Below are positions 1 through 8,500 of a DNA stretch of 15,335 bases, in pieces. The notes under the pieces were generated by a model. It was not told where the DNA came from and ran no database searches. It worked only from the letters and a program-made list of their open reading frames with translations. The translations under genes and the position numbers were made by a program. How positions within the stretch are numbered: the first letter of the stretch is position 1; each line of letters begins with the position of its first letter. Location: contig CAZXZO010000023.1 in assembly GCA_964645485.1 (NCBI GenBank), positions 9,831 to 25,165 of the forward strand. Reading direction: 5' to 3'. Source of the DNA: an uncultured Candidatus Poseidoniales archaeon (GTDB taxonomy: Archaea > Thermoplasmatota > Poseidoniia > Poseidoniales > Thalassarchaeaceae).

Positions 1-41
1 GGCAAGCTCTCGGCACGACTAAAATCAATGTATAAACAAAG

Positions 42-170
42 TGCCGGGAGCGGGGCTTGAACCCGCGACCTTCGGATGTCTCAGACACCTTTTGGGAGTT
101 TAGCGCTCACCGTTCTGCCATTTCTGGCTACCCTATGAGTCCGACGCGCCACCAACTACGCCACCCCGGC
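42..170 (-). tRNA. tRNA-Met(CAT), elongator type, intron-containing (exons 170..134 and 77..42)
   Basis: After removing 78-133, the reverse complement folds as a cloverleaf: GCCGGGG-TG-GCGT-AGTTGGTG-GCGC-G-TCGGA-CT-CAT-A|A-TCCGA-AGGTC-GCGGG-TTCAAGC-CCCGC-TCCCGGC-A. G1-C72 argues against the initiator, which has A1-U72 in archaea. A GCCGGGG start plus a 37/38 intron is typical of archaeal elongator Met; Ile2 is less likely. CCA is not fully encoded. Confidence 0.95.
78..133 (-). other. 56-nt tRNA intron at canonical position 37/38 with bulge-helix-bulge splice motif
   Basis: Central 4-bp helix CUCA/UGAG is flanked by 3-nt bulges UA|G and AC|A, and both cut sites restore the anticodon loop. 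The outer helix is GGUA/UGUC with wobble pairs. An internal hairpin GCCA-GAAA-UGGC lies at 128..117. Confidence 0.9.
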
Positions 171-255
171 AATGAACCGCCCGACCGGCAGAGGCTCTTT
201 GAACGATTCGGGAGAATTAATTGAAACCACACAGCACTGATTAGTACCTAAACAA

Positions 256-266
256 GCGAACTAATG
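256..266 (+). promoter_or_regulatory. possible BRE/TATA-like promoter (GCGAA-CTAATG) of the downstream membrane protein gene
   Basis: The motif ends 24 nt before ATG 291, a spacing compatible with a leaderless archaeal transcript. It resembles the motif at 2519-2534. Confidence 0.3.
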
Positions 267-290
267 ATATGTTGCTCGCGCTCGGCAGTA

Positions 291-1175
291 ATGAAGCACA
301 TGGTTGACATCAACACAGCGATGCAAGCAGCGAGGGCTGAAAACCGCCGAAACAAAGGAGGAGGTGGTGACAGAAAGGGAAAGCCCGGAGGGAAACTTGG
401 AGTTGAGAACTTTGACCCTAAGGACCATGTTGAGAAAGAAGTGGCAGACACAATCTCAATGTGGTTAGTCCTAACTTTTGGTGTATTAATTGCGGCTATC
501 ATGAGATATGTTATGATGCCCGGAATGGAGGGGCCGAAATCAGTTCTGTGGTTTCTTCCCCTAACACTGGTGGTAATCCTTCCATCACTACACAGAGTCC
601 TAGTTCCAGAACCATACAAATCACGCTACACCTTTGGTAATTGGTTTCGAGCAGGGATGCTTTTTATCTTCACTTGGTTAGCACTTTCATTCATTCTAGT
701 AAACCCGCCAATCGGCGATATCGGTGCACCGGATATCGCAGGGAAGATGACGGTTGTAATTGTTGATGGTGAAGATATCTTGATTGACAGCGAAAATCTA
801 ACCAGTAGCAAGAATTCTTTCATTCTTGATAGGAATGGCAGTAGCGCAGAAGCATGGATGGTATTCTATGTCAACGACAATACTGACCCTAGCCTTGCAA
901 CCCTTAATTTGACTTCCCTTTACAATGCACCAAATCAAACGCCAACAGAGTTGGCAGGGGCAACTGTTGGTGACTATAGTAACTGCACCGCAATTACCAA
1001 TGGTTTGCGTGAATCTCAACAAAATGCACTTCAAAAACATGAGTACGATGTTTGTGCTGCAATCAACCTCGGAGTATTAGATGCTGGAGAATACGAGATT
1101 ACCATCACACTGAGTGAAGATGGAGATCCTTGGTTCAACACTCGAACCATCAAGTATGATTTGACAGTTGTTTGA
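291..1175 (+). CDS. membrane protein (~294 aa): basic Gly-rich N-terminus, three TM helices, C-terminal extracellular beta-rich domain; TM core possibly archaeal EMC6-like
   Basis: ORF track gives 264..1175; the start is more likely ATG 291 or 300. Three hydrophobic segments lie in 453-710 (ISMWLVLTFGVLIAAIMRYVMM; VLWFLPLTLVVILPSL; WFRAGMLFIFTWLALSFILV-NPP). The C-terminal domain has N-x-S/T sequons (NLT, NGS, NLT, NQT, NCT) and one Cys pair. The EMC6-like assignment is from pattern recollection only. Confidence 0.85.
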   Translation: MKHMVDINTAMQAARAENRRNKGGGGDRKGKPGGKLGVENFDPKDHVEKEVADTISMWLVLTFGVLIAAIMRYVMMPGMEGPKSVLWFLPLTLVVILPSLHRVLVPEPYKSRYTFGNWFRAGMLFIFTWLALSFILVNPPIGDIGAPDIAGKMTVVIVDGEDILIDSENLTSSKNSFILDRNGSSAEAWMVFYVNDNTDPSLATLNLTSLYNAPNQTPTELAGATVGDYSNCTAITNGLRESQQNALQKHEYDVCAAINLGVLDAGEYEITITLSEDGDPWFNTRTIKYDLTVV

Positions 1176-1176
1176 A

Positions 1177-1371
1177 TTAGCACCATGCAGGATGAAGTAA
1201 ATCTCCGTGTAACGACTTGATTTCATCAAAAATCGGTTTTAGCTTCTTGCATATTAGTTGTGAGCGTGTTCTCTCATCTATTCTAATATCTCTCCATTTT
1301 CTAATCGCTGGTGCAACTACAGTGCAAGCGACCAAATCACCCAACCAAAACAAGTCACGATATTGTGCCAT
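1177..1371 (-). CDS. small hypothetical protein (64 aa, MAQYRDLFWLGDLVAC...LLHPAWC)
   Basis: It fills the gap between rfcS and the convergent membrane protein gene. Its TAA ends 1 bp from the other gene's TGA, which is typical tight packing. The composition looks protein-like. An alternative GTG start lies at 1398. No family recognised. Confidence 0.5.
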   Translation of the reverse strand: MAQYRDLFWLGDLVACTVVAPAIRKWRDIRIDERTRSQLICKKLKPIFDEIKSLHGDLLHPAWC

Positions 1372-1452
1372 GATGTTGGGTAATCTGTCCCGATACACCT
1401 TTGTTCCGAAGAGAGAGTACTCGCTAAACTGAAAGTGAAAGGGCAGTACTCC

Positions 1453-2409
1453 TCAATCACTCAGTAAACGACAAACATTTGAGCACATTGCATCTAATTG
1501 CAGTGCTTCGCCGCCACCTTCTACCAACCTAAAATCAACTTGAGCCAGCATTTCTGTTAATTCTAATTTCTGTAATTCTTCAAGGAATTCTGTATCGTAC
1601 ATGGCTCTGTGAAGTTGATTTATAAAATCGGTTCCTGCCAATCCATATTTGTCTAAAATTGTTTGAAGGCGCCTGCGCGCTGGGTGAAATCCATCCCTCT
1701 TACAAGCCAAAAGAAAATCATGTAATTGTTCTGGCGGGGCTGTTGCCGTGGTTTCATAAATCAGGGTGCGAGTCACATGTTTATCGAGTGAAGCAGCAAC
1801 TTGAAGGGCAGTTATTGCTTTTCTTAAATCACCTTGACTCACATTGATTATCGCATTCTTCGCGTCATCATCTAGAGTTACATCTTCTGAATCTGAAATA
1901 TCTGTAATTTGCTTCGCTATCTGGTCATTGGCCAGAGGCCTAAACCGAAACACCGCACAACGTGATTGAATTGGCTCGATTACTTTGCTGGAATAATTAC
2001 AGGAGAGTATGAATCTACAGGTCTCAGAATATTGCTCCATTATTCTTCTCAAGGCACCCTGTGCATCAGAGGTCAGAGCATCTGCTTCATCGAGGAAAAT
2101 AACCTTGAATGTCGCCCCGCCCAATGGGCTTGTCTTGGCAAATTGCTTGACTTTGTTTCTGATGCTATCTAAACCACGCTCATCACTGGCATTCATCTCT
2201 AGAATATTGTCTCTAAAAGAATCCTGAAATACGTCACGAGTCAAGGCTATCGCCGCGGTGGTCTTACCAGTCCCAGGTGGGCCTGCAAAGAGTAAATGTG
2301 GGAATGTTCCTTGTTCTGAATAGGCTTTCAGTCTATTGATTACAGCAGGTTGGCCACGAATATCCCCAACCGTTTGAGGGCGATGTTTTTCAACCCACAT
2401 CTTGACCAT
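1453..2409 (-). CDS. rfcS: replication factor C small subunit (clamp loader, AAA+ ATPase)
   Basis: N-terminal WVEKHRP box, Walker A GPPGTGKT, ILEMNASDERG, Walker B IFLDEAD, SRC motif (IQSRC) and GDLRKAI sensor-2 are all present. Length is ~315-323 aa and there is no intein. The start is ambiguous (ATG 2424, 2409 or 2400). The ORF-track extension to 2736 overlaps the next gene and is unlikely to be translated. Confidence 0.97.
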   Translation of the reverse strand: MVKMWVEKHRPQTVGDIRGQPAVINRLKAYSEQGTFPHLLFAGPPGTGKTTAAIALTRDVFQDSFRDNILEMNASDERGLDSIRNKVKQFAKTSPLGGATFKVIFLDEADALTSDAQGALRRIMEQYSETCRFILSCNYSSKVIEPIQSRCAVFRFRPLANDQIAKQITDISDSEDVTLDDDAKNAIINVSQGDLRKAITALQVAASLDKHVTRTLIYETTATAPPEQLHDFLLACKRDGFHPARRRLQTILDKYGLAGTDFINQLHRAMYDTEFLEELQKLELTEMLAQVDFRLVEGGGEALQLDAMCSNVCRLLSD

Positions 2410-2423
2410 AAGAGCCCGTCCCA

Positions 2424-2452
2424 TCACCTCCTTTACTTGACCATCAATAACC
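2424..2452 (-). promoter_or_regulatory. TATA-like GGTTATTG (2452..2445) and Shine-Dalgarno-like GGAGGTGA (2431..2424) upstream of rfcS
   Basis: GGAGGTGA is complementary to the archaeal 16S 3' end, but it sits 14 nt from ATG 2409, which is rather long. The TATA-like motif mirrors GGTTAATG on the opposite strand at 2527-2534. Confidence 0.4.
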
Positions 2453-2518
2453 ATTGTGACTGAAGCCAAAAAAAACACTTCATGTGAAACGGGACCTATG
2501 CGTAGCATAGTCCCGGCG

Positions 2519-2534
2519 CCGAAAGCGGTTAATG
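2519..2534 (+). promoter_or_regulatory. probable BRE + TATA-like promoter of P1 (CCGAAAG-C-GGTTAATG)
   Basis: A purine-rich CGAAAG directly precedes TTAAT, ending 29 nt before ATG 2564. A GGTGA ribosome-binding-like motif (2566-2570) lies 8 nt before ATG 2579. Confidence 0.45.
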
Positions 2535-2578
2535 CAGGCACCGTCTCCCCGTCATGGATTGTCATGGTGATGAGGCAA

Positions 2579-5500
2579 ATGAAGAACAAGACATTGACTG
2601 CTATAATTTTAGTTTTAGTAATGATTCTAGTACCTTGGACAAGCATGCTGAATGGAACTGAATTGGATGGGGATTTAGGGCCTGCTTGGGCTACTGGTTC
2701 TTCAACGGCTTCTGCAGATACTGGATTGAATTTCACAAGTCCGAATGCAACTCATGGAAGTGATGCAAATCTCAACTTGACCAATGTCAGCGGTATGGAA
2801 AGCGTACTCTTGTTTAGTTTCCCAATGACAACACCCGGTGGCCCTGTCCCCTCGGCTGGTTCAATCCGAAGTGCGACTCTCACCCTATACATCACCGGTG
2901 GGAATTCACAAGGTTCGATGTATGCTTTCGCTGCACCACTAAAGGCTGATTTTGATGAAGGAAATGCAACATGGTTCAACAACACTCACAACACCACTTG
3001 GCAAGTTGGCGGGGCAAATGGAACTAACGATAGAGGTTCATGGGAGCCACGTAGTAGCTCGTTTTCATCGAGTTCGTCATCATTTTCAATCAATGTGACT
3101 TCTATCGCTCAAAATGCATTATCAAACAACTTCAATGATGTTAATATCACTGTATCCTCAGTTGGTCTTGGAATCCTAACTGTTGCTAGCCGTGAACACC
3201 CAACCACCTCAAAACGTCCAAGTTTGTCATTTGATTACGATAGTACTCCACCTACCTCAGGGTCGGCAATTGTTCGTGGCGCACCGAGTAATGACAGTGT
3301 TCCAATCACTGGTTCATTTTTGCTAACTGCAGACACCACCCCAACTATCGGGTGGAGTGGATTGAACGGTTCTGGGGTTGAATTACATATTTCACAATCG
3401 AGTGATTTTCGAAGCATTGACGATGGTTCTTGGCTATTCTCATCTTGGGGAAATAGTGGTTTTACGATGTCTGGTGGAAATGGAACTTTCACAATTCCAA
3501 GTGCCTCAAGCCTTGAATTAGGAATGGCGGCTTACTGGAGAATAAGGGCATCAAAGGGGGACCAACTCTCAGAATGGCAAACAGGACAATTCCTCCTCCC
3601 CTTCATCAATGCGACAAATAACGGAAACAATTCAGCAACTTTTGAACTTCTCAGAGATTCGTTAGGGGTTGATGGCGGAACTGTTCATGATGCTTGGCTT
3701 AGATCAGGAAGTTCTAATTTGAGCGCTGGGCACAACGAGAACATTTGGGTTGGAAATTCAAATAACACATCACGAAATGATATGGCGGGCTTAATCCACG
3801 TTGACCTTGACCATACAGGTTTGCACTCAAACGCAACGATTCTAAGCGCATACATGCAGATGAGAAGAACAGACAGGCAGGGTAATGCATGGATTAGCAT
3901 TCACGAGTTTAGTCAAACAAATTGGAGCGAAGATACAGCATCATGGGACAATTATTCAGGCAACCAATCATGGATGAATGGTGGACTTTCAAACAATATT
4001 GGCTCCTCTTTGGATATCATAAATGGTGGTAAATCTGGAAATATCTTCAACTTCGATGTGACATATGCGGTCCAGGAATACATGAGAGGCGTTCACCAAA
4101 GTGGGACCGGAGATGGAATATCTCTAATTCTACAATCAAAGGGTGCGAACAATGAATGGGCAAGATTTGGAGGGAGCGAAGAAAACGCGTATACCCTGCG
4201 CCCAAAGATGGTGATTACCTATGCTTGGGGGGACGGTACTGGCCCAACAGACACGGTTACTGTACAATCTCCTCTTGATGGACGAGGTGTTTGGTCGGTC
4301 GTGAACAACAATATGACTGCTGATTTAACCCCCACCCTAAATTGGTCGACAACAGGTCACACAAATGACGAGGTCCGAATAGAATTAGCCGGTAATGAGG
4401 ATTTTACCGAAGGTCCATTCCTTCGTGTTGATAGCAGAGATTTCAGTAGTGGAATAAACACTACAGCAGGAACATTCACTGTTCCTTCAGGCTGGGGCCT
4501 TGATTACGGCGAAGATTACTATTGGCGCGTTCGTTGGATTGAAGATGGCGATTGGGGTGGTTATTCATCGACCCCAGGATTTTTCCTATCAACAATAAAT
4601 TCAACTTGGGTTTCAAACAATACTTGGCAATTCAGACTTAGGCATTCCAATGCATCGAACACTATGGCAACGCCATTTTGTGCTGATACCTACATCGATA
4701 GTCTAGGGCCAAGTTCAACCAATGATGCAGGCGAATTATCAATCTCAAATAGCCAATATACTGTCTTTGGTTGCGACATACGTAGTCACATTTTGCCCCC
4801 AGGACTCGCTGTGACAGATGTTGAATTACGATTGAAATCATCATTCATTTCTGGCACAATGTCAGCATCCGCATATGAACTGATTAATCACCGATGGGAA
4901 GAGGGAAGCGCAACTTGGGAGAATTACGAAGGAGCAAATAACTGGTCTGGCGTTGGGGCATCTGGTTCCGACCGAGGACAACTGCTTGATTCTACTACGA
5001 TTTCTGGAACCAGTTCAACATGGTTCACATGGAATGTCACAGTTGCAGTACAGAACTCAATGCGATGGGACGTACCTGTTGACTTCCTGATAACAGGTAC
5101 TGGCTCAGGAGCCGTAGCAATGTATGACAAAGAAAATGCTGGAAGTGCTGCTGAATACCCTGAACTTGTCATCAATTACAGTCCAGGGTCAATGGCTGTC
5201 CCAGACCCACCTCAACCCGCATCCCCAATCAATGGAGTTTGGTCTGTCACCACCGGGTTACTAATCGCCCCAGAAAAGACTCCTGAACTAACTTGGAATC
5301 ATACTGGAAGTATATCTGCAAACGGTTGGGTTGTCGAAATGGACACCACTAACACCTTCAACAGTAATGACTTGAGAGTTGCTCGTTCATGGGTACAAAT
5401 CAATGATTTTGACGTATTGAATCGCACGTACACCCCATCTTCTAATCTCAGCACAAGCTCTGTTTGGTATTGGAGAGTAAGAGGGTCTTCCCTCACAAAT

Positions 5501-8500
5501 CAACTTGGAAACTGGAGTAATGTGGCTGATTTTGTTGTCCCGAATATTGAGAGTGGTTCTCTTGATTCAGATAACTCATACATTGTCATCAGGCCTGGTG
5601 CTGCGGTGGCAACTCAAGGGATTCCAAGTGTACCCGACACATGGATAGATGCCAACACCAATAGAAACGCGTCGCATCACGGAGCAGGACATTTAGTGGT
5701 TGGATGCAATACAGCCGATTGTCCGAAATCGTCAATGCTGTCATTCCCATTGAGTGAACTTCCTCAACCGAATAATGCAAGAATTGTGAGTGCAGAACTG
5801 CATCTTTGGCCGTTCTCAGTTAATTCAACAACAAGTGGAGATGCACCCCGAATCTCAGTTCACAGAACTCTGCGTAATTGGGATGTAAATGCTACTGGTG
5901 CATCTTGGACAGGAGATGCCAGCAATAATTCCACCACCCTGTGGAGTCAGGCTGGAGGAATAGGCTCGGGCGATGTAGGTCCGTTAATCGATATCTCTAG
6001 CCCGGTCGCATCGAGTTGGTTCAAACTCAATGTGACAGAATTAGTTCACGGTGCGGTCACCGACGGTGAAAACAGAGTGAACATGACTTTACGCTCAAAC
6101 ACAAATGAGTATGCTGAAGCAACGTTCTACAGCGCAGACTACACATGGGCTTCTTCCCGACCATACCTGAAACTCTGGTATCGAAATGGAACTGGCTCGG
6201 CGTCAGTTGGAACACCTACACTAACTGAACCAGCAAATGGGAACATTACTTGGGATATCTCTGGACACGCGCTAGGAACTGACCAATCACCATTACTAAC
6301 ATGGACTCACCCTACATCATCCAGTGTAGATGGTTGGAGACTTTTCATCTACAATGATAGTAATGACGTAAGAGATGGATATCAGATATACGATAGCCGG
6401 ATGGATACTGGTTTTGACCTAGTAAATATGACATGGACTCCTGGTTCTAACTTTGCGACTGATTCACATCAGCGGTGGTTTGTGCAAACAATCAAGGATG
6501 ATATCTATGGAAACAGAAGTAGTAGTTTCACGTTTGATGTACCAAATGCATTAGGGTCTGAAATTAATTCTACAGATGCTCGTTTGAGGGTCCTTGAAGG
6601 TGGTGCATTAACTCGATTATCTCTACCCTTGTCATTTGGGGACACTACTCTTGATTCGTATTCACCAAACAGCAATACAGGAACCAGTCAGACACTTTCT
6701 GTTGGCAGAAGTCCATCCACATTCAGTACTAATCATAATTCTTGGAGTGCAATGAGAATTGACCTTTCCTCATTACCAATTTCTGAACCTTGGGAAGTAA
6801 TCACTGCTGATGTTGAGTTGTATTGTAACGGTTGTTCAACTTCTTCCTCAAATTCGATGACTATGACTGTACATCCTCTACTGACTAATTTCACCGAAAA
6901 TTCAGCCACATACAACAACCATAATTCGACAACCTCCTGGCCAACTGCAACAATTGGTGGAGTAGTTGACTCGGCGACCGTTTATGGGGCAGGGTGGTAT
7001 TCATGGAATGTTACCCAACTAATGCAAGCAGCCCGTTTGCGTGGTGACGACACTCTCCTCTTGGCTTTTACAGGAAGTAGTACTTCAAACACCATCGTAA
7101 AACAATTCCACAGTTCAGAATATAATGGAAATAGAGACCTCAGACCGGTTCTCAATATCACACACCGAATCGGAACTCAGTGGTTGCCTGCTGATGCAAC
7201 AAACCCTGTTCCTGCAATTACCTCAACCTTGTGGGAAATAGGTGCAGTACGACCCTCTGAAAGAGATCCTGTGACCCTCCAATGGTCACACCCAGCCCCT
7301 TCAAATGTGAGCGCATGGCAAGTTCAATTGAGTTCACAAACTAGTTTTGTCGAGAGCGTAACAAACACCCTAGACTCGAGTGATTCCCTAAGTTATGATG
7401 GGAGTTTTGGTACTAACCCACTTTCGTACACAATTGATGTTCAAGGAGACTTACCATCAGGTTGGAGCGGCTGGATGGATGCTTGGTTACATTGGAGAGT
7501 GCGACCGATAATAGGCGATTACGTTGGTAATTGGACAGATGGCGGCGAATTCAGAGTCCCTGCTGACCAAGGAAGCGATGATGGACTAGGAAACCATACT
7601 CTGACAATGAGCCGTGGTTCTGTATTCTACTCAAGTGGATATTTGCCAACAGTGCCCGATACCTGGATTGACTCCACACCAAATGCAGGAACCAACACCG
7701 CACAGGGGAGTAACTCTACTTTGGCAGTTGGAAACTCTCCATTCCAGTCAGGTCAAGAGTCGGTAGCCTTAGTGCAGTTTGACCTCGGTGAATTGCCATT
7801 CCCACCAAATATGCTAGCAACGACTGTATCTTTGAAGATGTACAGATCAGGCTACTCAACATCTGGAACTGCAACAGTTGGTATACACGAGTGTAATTCC
7901 TTCTCGGAAACAGATACATGGAATTCGTATTCACTGTCAACTAATTGTAATGCCACAGCGGCATCAACACTCAGTAAATCAGTTGGCGGATTTGGTGGCG
8001 TATGGTACGATTGGGATGTTACCACTTTGGTACAAGCAGCAGGCCACAATGGCACTGTTTCAATGGCAATAAAAGCCCCCAATTATGCAGGATATCTACA
8101 ATTCACATCCTCTGAAGCAAGTTCAAGCACATATCGACCACAACTAGTGATTGGATATGTTGACAACCAAAATGGCACAACTCCTCCTGCAACTCCGGTT
8201 TTGTCGTGGCCAAATGACCAAGAGGTAATTTACTCAGTTTCAGATTATGATGACTTCCTGTTAGATGCAACAGTGAGGCCAAACCTAACATGGAACAATG
8301 CTGGTGACACAACCGGTTATATCGTTAGGATGTGGAATTCAACTGATTCCAATATGTTCTATTCATGGAACGCAACGAGCAATCAGGGATTGTTCTCCAC
8401 AACATCAAGTCTTGCAACTTTCGCACCAGGATGGGACTTGGAAGAAGGTGGTGTTTATTATTGGAATATTCAAGGAATTAACGGCTCTATTTTGGGGCCA

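Noticed and set aside
78-133. Box C/D guide RNA within the tRNA intron
   Set aside because: A CUGA is present but overlaps the BHB helix, and there is no RUGAUGA box C.
42-170. tRNA as the attachment site of an integrated island carrying the surface genes
   Set aside because: The tRNA 3' end points out of the window. I saw no duplicated 3' fragment, integrase or transposase, and the neighbouring rfcS is a core gene.
248-1432. ORFs 248..619(-), 626..823(-), 798..1040(-) and 1217..1432(+)
   Set aside because: They are antisense to better-supported ORFs. 1217..1432 competes with 1177..1371(-), which fits the gene packing better, although that choice is not certain.
1415-1451. Hammerhead ribozyme or box C/D sRNA suggested by CTGAAAGTGAAA inside a GAGTACT/AGTACTC stem
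   Set aside because: The core does not match CUGANGA, there is no stem II or III, and terminal C and D boxes are absent.
2410-2736. ORF-track N-terminal extensions of rfcS (to 2736) and P1 (from 2456), implying overlapping divergent genes
   Set aside because: RfcS homology begins at WVEKHRP and the P1 signal peptide begins at 2579. The extensions are open frames across the promoter region with no protein-like features.
6809-6835. CxxC (YCNGC) as a redox or metal-binding site
   Set aside because: It is isolated in an extracellular beta-module with no thioredoxin context or second CxxC, so a structural disulfide is more likely.
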